DNA of 64,000 nt from an uncultured Muribaculaceae bacterium (GCA_910586595.1 CAJUJB010000010.1:9534-73533), one strand, 5' to 3'; positions 53,958 through 62,193 are shown, numbered from the stretch's first letter. Translations and numbers: made by a program. Notes: generated by a model not told the origin, from the sequence alone.

Positions 53958-54536
53958 ATGCAGACTATGGATGATATATTTGAAAAAGATCTGAGTGGCG
54001 AAATGGTGTCGCCCAATGACGCGGGATATGAGCAGCTCATTACTGACATATTTGCCACCATGAAAATTGCAACTGAGATGAATTCGGGCTACAAAACACC
54101 CGAAGAGGTCCACGAGTATATGGGGCGCATACTTGGAAAACCGCTCGACGACACGACAACTGTCATTCCACCTTTTTACGTAGATTACGGCAAGCCTGTC
54201 TCTATCGGTAAGGGGTGTTTCATTCAGCAATGCTGCACGTTTTTCGGCCGTGGCGGGATCACGATCGGAAACGAGGTGTTTATAGGCCCGAAATGCAACC
54301 TTATAACCATCAATCACGACCCTGACCCCGACAATCGCAGTGCGACATACGGTCGCCCGATTGTGATTGAGGATAAGGTGTGGATTGGTATAAACTCAAC
54401 TATCCTGCCAGGTGTGAAAATCGGCTATGGAGCAATTGTCGGGGCGCAGAGTGTAGTGACACATGACGTACCTCCGATGACCGTCGTTGCCGGTAATCCG
54501 GCACGCATAATCAGAAAAATAGAGTTGAGCCGATGA
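53958..54536 (+). CDS. second hexapeptide-repeat sugar O-acetyltransferase (tandem paralogue)
   Basis: WIGINSTILPGVKIGYGAIVGAQSVVTHDVPPMTVVAGNPARII is present. The start is 53958 or 53967. Confidence 0.8.
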   Translation: MQTMDDIFEKDLSGEMVSPNDAGYEQLITDIFATMKIATEMNSGYKTPEEVHEYMGRILGKPLDDTTTVIPPFYVDYGKPVSIGKGCFIQQCCTFFGRGGITIGNEVFIGPKCNLITINHDPDPDNRSATYGRPIVIEDKVWIGINSTILPGVKIGYGAIVGAQSVVTHDVPPMTVVAGNPARIIRKIELSR

Positions 54537-55678
54537 AAACTGAAGGAATAAGCCGCCGCGGTTTCCTGAGGGTGGCCGCTGCTGTGGGAGCTGCATTCGC
54601 AATTGAGCCAACGCTCAACAAAGTCCAGGCAGCCGAGCAGTTAATCTCTGGCAAGCATATCGTGAAGAATCCAGATATGCAGTATCGCACGCTCGGCAGC
54701 GGGCCGGCAGCTTTTGAAGTGTCGGCACTTGGATTTGGCGTGATGGGTATGACCTACAACCGCAGTCAATATCCCGATAAAAAAATGCGGCAACGTGTAA
54801 TAGCCGAAGCTGTCGACCACGGGGTCACTCTTTTTGACACGGCGATAATATACGGGCCTCTTAACAATGAGGAATTCACAGGCGAAGCGCTCGCCCCGTA
54901 TAAAAACCGCGTAAACATAACTACAAAATTCGGTCATGAGGTCATTGATGGCAAAGCCACCGGTCGGCAGGACAGTCGCCCTGAGACAATCCGTCGCTAT
55001 TGCGAGGGCTCACTGCGACGGCTGGGTATAGACTCCATTCCGATGTTCTATCAGCACCGCTTTGACCCTAATACACCTATTGAAGAGGTTGCCGGTTGTA
55101 TCGGCGATTTGATCAAGGAGGGCAAGGTACAGCGGTGGGGCTTGTGCGAGGTGAGTTCCGAGACAATCCGCAAGGCTCATGCCGTAACTCCTGTCACGGC
55201 AATTCAGAGTGAATATCATCTCATGCACCGCCTCGTTGAAGAAAATGGTGTTCTCGATACCTGCAGGGAATTGGGCATAGGCTTTGTGCCTTACAGCCCG
55301 CTCAACCGGGGGTTCTTGGGTGGTTGTATCAACGAATATACTGTATTCGATACGAGCAACGACAACCGCCATACGCTGCCGCGTTTCGAGCCCGACGCAA
55401 TGCGCCAGAACTATCGTATAGTGAATGTCCTCCAGGATTTCGGTCGCACACGCGGTATGACTTCTTCTCAAGTTGCCTTAGGTTGGCTCCTGCACAAAGC
55501 ACCATGGATTGTGCCGATACCGGGAACTACGAAAATCTCGCATCTTGAAGAAAATCTACACACCTTCGCCTTCGTACTTGCTGACAGTGAATGGAGCGAA
55601 CTTGAACGGCGCGTGGCCGCCATACCCGTGGTTGGAGACCGCTATAATGCCGAACAGCAGAAACAGGTAGGACATTGA
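54533..55678 (+). CDS. aldo/keto reductase with twin-arginine (Tat) signal peptide
   Basis: 381 aa. The N-terminus MKTEGISRRGFLRVAAAVGAAFA matches the S-R-R-x-F-L Tat motif. The AKR body includes LFDTAIIYG and FYQHRFD. There is an ATGA overlap with the preceding gene. Confidence 0.85.
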   Translation: MKTEGISRRGFLRVAAAVGAAFAIEPTLNKVQAAEQLISGKHIVKNPDMQYRTLGSGPAAFEVSALGFGVMGMTYNRSQYPDKKMRQRVIAEAVDHGVTLFDTAIIYGPLNNEEFTGEALAPYKNRVNITTKFGHEVIDGKATGRQDSRPETIRRYCEGSLRRLGIDSIPMFYQHRFDPNTPIEEVAGCIGDLIKEGKVQRWGLCEVSSETIRKAHAVTPVTAIQSEYHLMHRLVEENGVLDTCRELGIGFVPYSPLNRGFLGGCINEYTVFDTSNDNRHTLPRFEPDAMRQNYRIVNVLQDFGRTRGMTSSQVALGWLLHKAPWIVPIPGTTKISHLEENLHTFAFVLADSEWSELERRVAAIPVVGDRYNAEQQKQVGH

Positions 55679-55706
55679 GCTGCATAACACATTAAAAAAT
55701 ACATCT

Positions 55707-56507
55707 ATGAAGAAATTTACACTTACTATGGTTGGCCTGCTTTGTGCAGTAGCCGCTAATGCAAAAACTCTTGTGGCATATTATAGTTACACCAACAATG
55801 TTGAGAAAATTGTAAATGCCTTAAGTTCTCAGATCGAGTGCGATGTACTGGAGGTCGAACCTGCGGAAAAGGGGCTTGACTATGCCGCAAACAACTACGC
55901 CATCGGCAGTGCCCAGATAGCTGCCATACGCAACAATCCGGATGATGCGTCGTCATATCCGGCTATCGATAATGTCGATGTCAATATGGACGACTACGAC
56001 ATGGTGATCATTGCATGCCCCCTCTGGTGGAGTCAGATGGCTGCACCATTCCAGACATTCCTGTTTAAATATGGCGATCAGATGGCCGGGAAGAATATAG
56101 GAGTCATCGTATCAAGTTCGAGCAGCGGCATAAGCGGTGTTGTGGCGGATGCGCAGCGGCTTATACCTGAGGGTAATTTCATTGAACCAACCTTGTGGAT
56201 ACGTTCTTCCCAGACATCCGGAGCCGCCTCTCTCATATCGGAATGGCTCACAGACATAAATTACAACGGTCTAACGTCGGCCTTGGCCTCGGTAGCTGGC
56301 GGCAACGATTTTGAGATTGTTGCCTCAAACGGAATGATTGGTGTCAATGGAGATTTCAATACCTTGGTACTCTATGACTTCGCAGGAAATAAGGTGGCTG
56401 AGACTGCCGGCGCGCCGGTTAACACTGATGCGTTTCGCCCCGGCATCTATATAGCTCACGCTAAGAAGGGTACGCATACAATAACCCGTAAAATTAATAT
56501 ACGATGA
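55707..56507 (+). CDS. flavodoxin-like (Flavodoxin_4-type) protein with Sec signal peptide and T9SS C-terminal domain
   Basis: Signal peptide MKKFTLTMVGLLCAVAANA. KTLVAYYSYTNN and VIIACPLWWSQMAAPFQTFL resemble Flavodoxin_4. The tail LVLYDFAGNKVAETAGAPVNTDAFRPGIYIAHAKKGTHTITRKINI is CTD-like. Confidence 0.6.
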   Translation: MKKFTLTMVGLLCAVAANAKTLVAYYSYTNNVEKIVNALSSQIECDVLEVEPAEKGLDYAANNYAIGSAQIAAIRNNPDDASSYPAIDNVDVNMDDYDMVIIACPLWWSQMAAPFQTFLFKYGDQMAGKNIGVIVSSSSSGISGVVADAQRLIPEGNFIEPTLWIRSSQTSGAASLISEWLTDINYNGLTSALASVAGGNDFEIVASNGMIGVNGDFNTLVLYDFAGNKVAETAGAPVNTDAFRPGIYIAHAKKGTHTITRKINIR

Positions 56508-57604
56508 GGTGGCGCTGGATTGCTATAATACTCCTTCTCCCCCTTATCATATTCACCGGTTGCGGTGATGGAGATAATGAACCGCAGCCGGTGGTGCCAG
56601 AGCAATCTGGGAGTGCAGACGATGACTTGGGCGACGAAGATTCTACCGCCATTTCTGAAAACAGCAAAACCCTTATTGCATATTTCAGCAGGTGGGGAAA
56701 TACCCCATATCCCGCTGATGTCGATGCCTCCACCGGAGCAAGTATACAGATACGAAATGGTGTGCGGCAGGGAACGACACAGATCATCGCCGGGTATATC
56801 CAGTCTGCTGTAGGAGGAGATATACATCTGATAGAAACGGAGACTGCTTATCCTATTGATTTCGATGTTGTGCGCGAGCTCAACCACTCGGAAATGGCGT
56901 CAAATTATCTGCCGCCATTGAAAAGTAAGGTTGAGTCCATGGATGGATATGAAGTGGTGTTTGTCGGCTATCCCGTATGGGCGACTGATGCTCCACAAGC
57001 AATCAAGGCCTTCCTTTCGTCTTACGATATGAGCGGTAAGACAGTCATACCGTTCTGCACACACGATGGATACGGCGCCGGTCGGAGTTATTCGACCGTA
57101 GCTGAGGCCGCTGTCGGAGCCTCAACCCTTGAAGGTATCGCAATCCTCGCGTCTGAGGTTCCGGAGGCAGAAGACCGGGTGAAGGAATGGCTTGGAACTA
57201 TCGGCATTGAGCGTGCTGACTCAAGCATGTCTGTAACAGTGTCGGTTGATGGGAGAACTTTTGAAGCTGAATGGTATGATACGCCTTTGGCGAATGAGAT
57301 ACGGGCAATGTTTCCCTTGAAGGCGATATTGGGCAGGTATGGTAACCGCGAATATTACGGGGCGATGCCAACCCGGCCACAAAACATTGAAGAGGGTCAG
57401 CTTACCTTTAAAAATGGCGACATAACCTATTGCCCGACAAACAATACTATCGCAATTTTCTATGGTCAGGCCGACGACCCCAAAATGGGTAAATTGAGTA
57501 TGGGAATTATTCCTGTAGGGCGTGTGACCTCTTCACTTTCACCGTTTGACGAAATGGGCTCCCGACTTGAATTTACATTTGATAATGCCGCCTCTGACAA
57601 TTGA
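56504..57604 (+). CDS. lipoprotein fusing a flavodoxin-like (Flavodoxin_4-type) domain to a cyclophilin-like domain
   Basis: Lipobox IIFTGC. SKTLIAYFSRWGNT, VFVGYPVWATDAPQAIKAFL and GKTVIPFCTHDGYG are present. C-terminal TVSVDGRTFEAEWYDTPLANE...GDITYCPTNNTIAIFYGQ resembles the Cyclophil_like2 pattern. Confidence 0.55.
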   Translation: MRWRWIAIILLLPLIIFTGCGDGDNEPQPVVPEQSGSADDDLGDEDSTAISENSKTLIAYFSRWGNTPYPADVDASTGASIQIRNGVRQGTTQIIAGYIQSAVGGDIHLIETETAYPIDFDVVRELNHSEMASNYLPPLKSKVESMDGYEVVFVGYPVWATDAPQAIKAFLSSYDMSGKTVIPFCTHDGYGAGRSYSTVAEAAVGASTLEGIAILASEVPEAEDRVKEWLGTIGIERADSSMSVTVSVDGRTFEAEWYDTPLANEIRAMFPLKAILGRYGNREYYGAMPTRPQNIEEGQLTFKNGDITYCPTNNTIAIFYGQADDPKMGKLSMGIIPVGRVTSSLSPFDEMGSRLEFTFDNAASDN

Positions 57605-57866
57605 GCGGCCGGCCGGTAACTCTTGGGTATCTATTTTGTGTTGTTCAAAAATTCTTTTTAATTATTGATGTGCTAATTAGAATAAAGGAAGACTGACGAC
57701 CAATTATATTTCGTTTTTTATACTGCACAACAGGAAGGCGGCCATGCTGTCGGTCTTGCCGGTGCGTAGCCCTGCGACGATAATGGTGGTGTTCGCGCCT
57801 ATATGCTGCGTAAGTCGTTGGTCTTGTTAAAGTAAACTTTCTTGGCGGCCATTGTAATTTTTCGCT

Positions 57867-57874
57867 TAAATTTG
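57867..57874 (+). promoter_or_regulatory. -7 box TAAATTTG upstream of two small membrane-protein ORFs
   Basis: TAnnTTTG match 34 nt upstream of the ATG at 57908. Confidence 0.35.
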
Positions 57875-57907
57875 CGTCTAATAAGAAACCCTAAAAATCA
57901 GCACATT

Positions 57908-58072
57908 ATGGTTAAACATTGGTATGTCTACCTTATAATCGCGGCAGTGGCAGAGCTTTTATATATGCTTTGCGACAAATACAAATTTATCAAATCGAAG
58001 CCATTACGCACGATTATCGTGATTTTTGTTGCCTCATTCATCTGTTGGGGTATTTACGACCTCTTTGTTTGA
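57908..58072 (+). CDS. small two-TM membrane protein (54 aa), unknown function
   Basis: ORF 57842..58072 trimmed to MVKHWYVYLIIAAVAELLYMLCDKYKFIKSKPLRTIIVIFVASFICWGIYDLFV, downstream of a -7 box. Confidence 0.4.
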   Translation: MVKHWYVYLIIAAVAELLYMLCDKYKFIKSKPLRTIIVIFVASFICWGIYDLFV

Positions 58073-58109
58073 GGTAAACAAGGTATCTAATTCAATAATA
58101 GACACATCA

Positions 58110-58283
58110 ATGGGAACATCATTCAAAATCTTAATGGCTATTCTCGGTGTTTTGTCAGCGATGAATATGATTATATCCTATAATCAAAAGCCGTCAAAAG
58201 TCCGCACGTTTGGTGTGTGGTTCAACGGAATAGCTCTTGCATTTATAGCGGTTGCTTTAATAATTGACCTCGTTATGAATTAG
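58110..58283 (+). CDS. small two-TM membrane protein (57 aa), unknown function
   Basis: ORF 58026..58283 trimmed to MGTSFKILMAILGVLSAMNMIISYNQKPSKVRTFGVWFNGIALAFIAVALIIDLVMN. Confidence 0.4.
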   Translation: MGTSFKILMAILGVLSAMNMIISYNQKPSKVRTFGVWFNGIALAFIAVALIIDLVMN

Positions 58284-58360
58284 TGTTCTTCCGCTCTATC
58301 TCTTTGGTGAACAAGTGCGCCCGGCAATACTTCTATTGTGTTCGGTGTTGGCATAAAATT

Positions 58361-58404
58361 AAAGAGGCTGCGTCATAATTAAACTTTATGACGCAGCCTC
58401 TTTT
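58361..58404. terminator. bidirectional hairpin terminator (3' of tRNA-Ala and of the small ORFs)
   Basis: aaagaggctgcgtcata ... tatgacgcagcctcttt, a stem of about 17 bp with a T-run. Confidence 0.7.
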
Positions 58405-58407
58405 GTG

Positions 58408-58481
58408 TGGAGTACAGCGGACTCGAACCGCTCACCTCGACACTGCCAGTGTCGCGCTCTAGCCAGATGAGCTAGTACCCC
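58408..58481 (-). tRNA. tRNA-Ala (GGC)
   Basis: Folded by hand. 74 nt, GGGGTAC/GTACTCC acceptor stem with the G3:U70 Ala identity pair, anticodon stem CGACA/TGTCG, loop CTGGCAG, T-arm AGCGG-TTCGAGT-CCGCT, A73. CCA is not encoded. Confidence 0.9.
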
Positions 58482-58495
58482 TTTCGATTGCGATG

Positions 58496-58503
58496 CAAAG
58501 TTA
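58496..58503 (-). promoter_or_regulatory. -7 box TAACTTTG upstream of tRNA-Ala
   Basis: The minus strand reads tcTAACTTTGcatcg, 15 nt upstream of the mature 5' end. Confidence 0.45.
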
Positions 58504-58622
58504 GAAATATTTTTTTGAATGACCTCAGAATTTAACGTATTTAATATATGTTAATATTTTTATACTGATTTTAGAATTGCGGTTCGTTTTTTTGTAGTAC
58601 CTTTACCGACACAATTATTATC

Positions 58623-59801
58623 ATGATGAACAGAATTGCAAAAACTCTTTTAAGTCTCGCTCTTCTGGCTGTGGCCGTGGTGTCGTCAGCCCAGGAGCAG
58701 GTAGTGGTGGGCGCGGCCCGCTTAGACCAGTATGTGCCTCAGCTGAAGGGCAAAAAGGTGGCACTATTCTCTAACCATACCGGTATGGTAGGTGACCGTC
58801 ATACGCTTGATCTCCTTCTCGACGCAGGCGTTGAAGTTGTAACCCTCTTTTCGCCGGAACATGGCTTCCGCGGCACCGCTGATGCCGGTGAGCATGTGGC
58901 CAGTGGCGTCGACGAGCCGACGGGCATACCTATCGCGTCGCTATATGGCTCGAAGAACGACCGCATGCCTTCGAAAGAGATTATGGATAGTTTTGATGTA
59001 ATTGTGAGCGACATCCAGGACGTAGGTCTCCGTTATTATACCTATTACTGCACAATGGTTGACCTGATGAATGCCGCAGCTAAATATGGCAAGGATTTCG
59101 TGGTGCTTGACCGCCCTAATCCCAACGGCATGTATATCGATGGCCCTATTCTGGATATGAATTATCAATCAGGGGTCGGTCGTCTTCCTATCCCTGTCGT
59201 GCATGGCATGACCTTAGGCGAGATTGCCCAGATGGTCAACGGCGAGGGCTGGCTTCGCGACGGAGCCAAGGTGAATCTTACGGTTGTTCCTTGCGAGAAC
59301 TATACTCACCAGACCCGTTACCGTCTGCCTATCGCACCGTCGCCTAACCTGCGCACGATGCTGTCGATCTACCTTTATCCCTCAGTATGTTATTTTGAAG
59401 CCACTCCGGTAAGCCTTGGCCGCGGTACCGACATGCCATTCGAGGTATATGGTCATCCCGACATGAAAAACCGTAGCTTCGAGTTCACTCCACGCAGTGT
59501 GCCCGGCGCCAAGAATCCTCCTCAACTCGATCAGCTCTGCCATGGTGTAGATCTCCGCACCGTCACCGAGGAAGAAGCCATTGCCCAGGGCATCAATCTC
59601 GAATACCTTATCGACGCTTACCGCGACCTGGGTATGGGAGATAAATTCTTCCGTTCTTTCTTCGAACTTCTTATCGGCCGTGGCGACATCCGTCAGATGA
59701 TTGAAGACGGCAAGAGTGCCGCCGAGATAAAGGCCACATGGGCCGGCGACGTAGAGAAATTCCGTCAGCAGCGCAAACCTTACCTTCTTTACGCAGAGTG
59801 A
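58623..59801 (+). CDS. DUF1343 family protein (NamZ-like exo-beta-N-acetylmuramidase)
   Basis: 392 aa with signal peptide. VALFSNHTG, LFSPEHGFRG, DIQDVGLRYYTY and VLDRPNP motifs are characteristic of DUF1343. Confidence 0.8.
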   Translation: MMNRIAKTLLSLALLAVAVVSSAQEQVVVGAARLDQYVPQLKGKKVALFSNHTGMVGDRHTLDLLLDAGVEVVTLFSPEHGFRGTADAGEHVASGVDEPTGIPIASLYGSKNDRMPSKEIMDSFDVIVSDIQDVGLRYYTYYCTMVDLMNAAAKYGKDFVVLDRPNPNGMYIDGPILDMNYQSGVGRLPIPVVHGMTLGEIAQMVNGEGWLRDGAKVNLTVVPCENYTHQTRYRLPIAPSPNLRTMLSIYLYPSVCYFEATPVSLGRGTDMPFEVYGHPDMKNRSFEFTPRSVPGAKNPPQLDQLCHGVDLRTVTEEEAIAQGINLEYLIDAYRDLGMGDKFFRSFFELLIGRGDIRQMIEDGKSAAEIKATWAGDVEKFRQQRKPYLLYAE

Positions 59802-59802
59802 T

Positions 59803-61278
59803 ATGAGCTTACCTGTAATTGTTATTATTACCATCGCGGCATATTTCGTGCTGCTGATGGCTGTGTCGTACTTCGCTTCACGCGGCAGCGACAACTCAAC
59901 ATTTTTCACCGGCAACCGTAAGGCTCCGTGGCTTATGGTGGCCTTCGCCACCATGGGTGCCGCAATTTCCGGCGTAACCTTTATTTCCGTGCCAGGCATG
60001 GTGGTTGCCAAGGGCTATGCATACCTTCAGATGGTGCTGGGCTTCATCGTGGGTTATTTCGCCATCGCCTTCGTGCTGCTGCCCCTCTTCTACAAGCGTA
60101 ACCTTATCTCAATCTATGGGTACCTTGAAGAGCGTTTCGGCCGCTCGACCTATCGTGCGGGCGCATGGTTTTTCTTCATTTCGAAGATGCTCGGCGCGGC
60201 AGTGCGGTTCCTGGTGGTATGCGCAGTGCTTCAGCTTCTGGTCTTCTCTCCGCTTCATATTCCTTTCATCTTCAACGTCATTGTCACCATCGCGCTGATC
60301 TGGCTCTATACGGTGCAAGGCGGTGTGAAGAGTGTGATATGGACTGATACATTGAAGAGCTTCTGCCTTATCATGTCGGTGGTTCTCTGCATTTACTTCG
60401 TGGCCCAGAACCTCGGTTATTCCTTCGGCGAGCTCACCTCGGCTATTTCCGAGCACTCGACTTCGCGCATGTTCTTCTTCGATAATCCCAAAGAGGGAAC
60501 CTATTTCTGGAAGCAGTTCCTCGCCGGTGTGTTTATGGCAATAGCCACCAATGGCCTCGATCAGGATATAATGCAGCGTAGTCTCGCGTGCAAAGACGCC
60601 CGCCAGAGCCAGAAAAACCTTATCGTCGGCGGCATCACACAGTTCTTTGTCATCGCCCTTTTCCTCCTTCTGGGTACACTTCTGGTGATCTTCATGGACA
60701 GCAAGGGCATAGCTCATCCTGAGAAGAGCGACGAGATTTTCGGTATGGTTGCCACGCACCCCGATGTGCCTATCATCGTAGGCATCCTGTTTGTGCTCGG
60801 TCTTATCTCGGCAGCCTATTCAGCCGCCGGCTCGGCGCTTACGTCGCTCACCACCTCGTTTACAGTTGATATTCTTGGGGCTCATAAGACTCAGGACGAC
60901 AAGAAACTGACCCGTACGCGTAAAGGCGTCCATCTGGCTATGTCGGCCGGAATGGGTCTGGTAATCATTGCATTCTATTATCTGAGCGACCAGGATGCCA
61001 TCTCGGCTGTATATACTCTGGCATCATATACCTATGGCCCGATTCTCGGTCTGTTTGTATATGGCATGTTCTGGAAGAAGCCTGTTCACGACCGTTGGGT
61101 ACCTGCCGTGTGTGTGGCTGCCCCATGCTTGTCTTGGGCACTCCAGCTCGGGCTCAAGGAGTGGTTTGGCTATGAGACGAGCTTCGAGCTGCTGATCATG
61201 AACGCCATCCTGACTGTGATTGGTCTTCGTCTTCTCTCGATTGGCCGTCAGCCAGCTCCCGCGGCGGGCAAAGCCTGA
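59803..61278 (+). CDS. sodium:solute symporter family transporter
   Basis: 491 aa, polytopic, starting 1 nt after the DUF1343 gene. The SSF-like N-terminus is STFFTGNRKAPW. Confidence 0.8.
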   Translation: MSLPVIVIITIAAYFVLLMAVSYFASRGSDNSTFFTGNRKAPWLMVAFATMGAAISGVTFISVPGMVVAKGYAYLQMVLGFIVGYFAIAFVLLPLFYKRNLISIYGYLEERFGRSTYRAGAWFFFISKMLGAAVRFLVVCAVLQLLVFSPLHIPFIFNVIVTIALIWLYTVQGGVKSVIWTDTLKSFCLIMSVVLCIYFVAQNLGYSFGELTSAISEHSTSRMFFFDNPKEGTYFWKQFLAGVFMAIATNGLDQDIMQRSLACKDARQSQKNLIVGGITQFFVIALFLLLGTLLVIFMDSKGIAHPEKSDEIFGMVATHPDVPIIVGILFVLGLISAAYSAAGSALTSLTTSFTVDILGAHKTQDDKKLTRTRKGVHLAMSAGMGLVIIAFYYLSDQDAISAVYTLASYTYGPILGLFVYGMFWKKPVHDRWVPAVCVAAPCLSWALQLGLKEWFGYETSFELLIMNAILTVIGLRLLSIGRQPAPAAGKA

Positions 61279-61296
61279 TGCATATACCGGTGGCGC

Positions 61297-62193
61297 ATGG
61301 CTCGTAATCTGTTCAACCGCTATATCTGGCTCGTCGATACAATCCGACGATATGGCCGTATAACGCGCAGCGAACTGGATGCCTGCTGGCGCCGCTCTCC
61401 GTTTTCATCAGGTGAAGGCTTGCCTCGCCGTACCTTCTGCAACTACCGCGATGCGGCGCAGGAGATGTTTGACATAGAGATAAAATGCGACCCTTCAACC
61501 TTCGAGTATTATATCGAAGGAGGTGCCGATGCTCACTCCGAGAGTGTAACCGACTGGTTGCTCAACTCTGCTGTGACTAACGAGGTTCTCTCTGGCAGCC
61601 GCGATATTGCGTCGCGTATCTTTCTGGAGAATGTGCCTTCGGCCAGGGAATTCCTCGCGCCGGTTATCGATGCCTTGCGCGGCAACCGCATAATTAAATT
61701 TGACTATCATCCCTATACGCGCTCTATGGCTACCCCCGATGTGGCCATAGAGCCTTATTTTCTTAAAATCTTCCGCCAACGCTGGTATGTGACAGGCCGT
61801 AATGTATCCGACGGTCGCATCAAGACGTATGCGCTCGACCGTATGACGGCCTTGCGTATCCAGTCGGAGACTTTTACGCCCGACCCTGCATTTGATGCAG
61901 AGGAATATTTCAGGTATTCCTTCGGCATTGTCGCAGATGGTGGCGAAGTGAAGGAGGTGGTGCTTAAGGTCGATCCGCGCCAGGCCAAGTATTTTCGGGC
62001 GTTACCCCTCCATCACTCGCAGGAAGAGTTTGTGCACGATAGTTTCTCGATATTCCGGTTCCGGCTGCGGTTAACTCAGGACTTTGTGGAGGAGCTTCTC
62101 TCGCATGGGCCGCGCGTGACGGTGATGGAGCCCCCGGAGCTGCGGGCTATGGTCAAGACCGAGCTTTCTGAAGCCCTGAAGGGCTACGAGTAA
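61297..62193 (+). CDS. WYL domain-containing putative transcriptional regulator
   Basis: 298 aa. N-terminal wHTH-like region NRYIWLVDTIRRYGRITRSEL. Central WYL-type region IKFDYHPY...EPYFLKIFRQRWYVTGR...KTYALDRM. Confidence 0.7.
   Translation: MARNLFNRYIWLVDTIRRYGRITRSELDACWRRSPFSSGEGLPRRTFCNYRDAAQEMFDIEIKCDPSTFEYYIEGGADAHSESVTDWLLNSAVTNEVLSGSRDIASRIFLENVPSAREFLAPVIDALRGNRIIKFDYHPYTRSMATPDVAIEPYFLKIFRQRWYVTGRNVSDGRIKTYALDRMTALRIQSETFTPDPAFDAEEYFRYSFGIVADGGEVKEVVLKVDPRQAKYFRALPLHHSQEEFVHDSFSIFRFRLRLTQDFVEELLSHGPRVTVMEPPELRAMVKTELSEALKGYE

Noticed and set aside
57705-57852. Calling the minus-strand P-loop-like stub a pseudogene feature
   Set aside because: Only about 30 residues with a Walker-A-like AGLRTGKT are visible, interrupted by a stop and a frame change. 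That is too little for a feature call, so I kept it only as a low-confidence finding.
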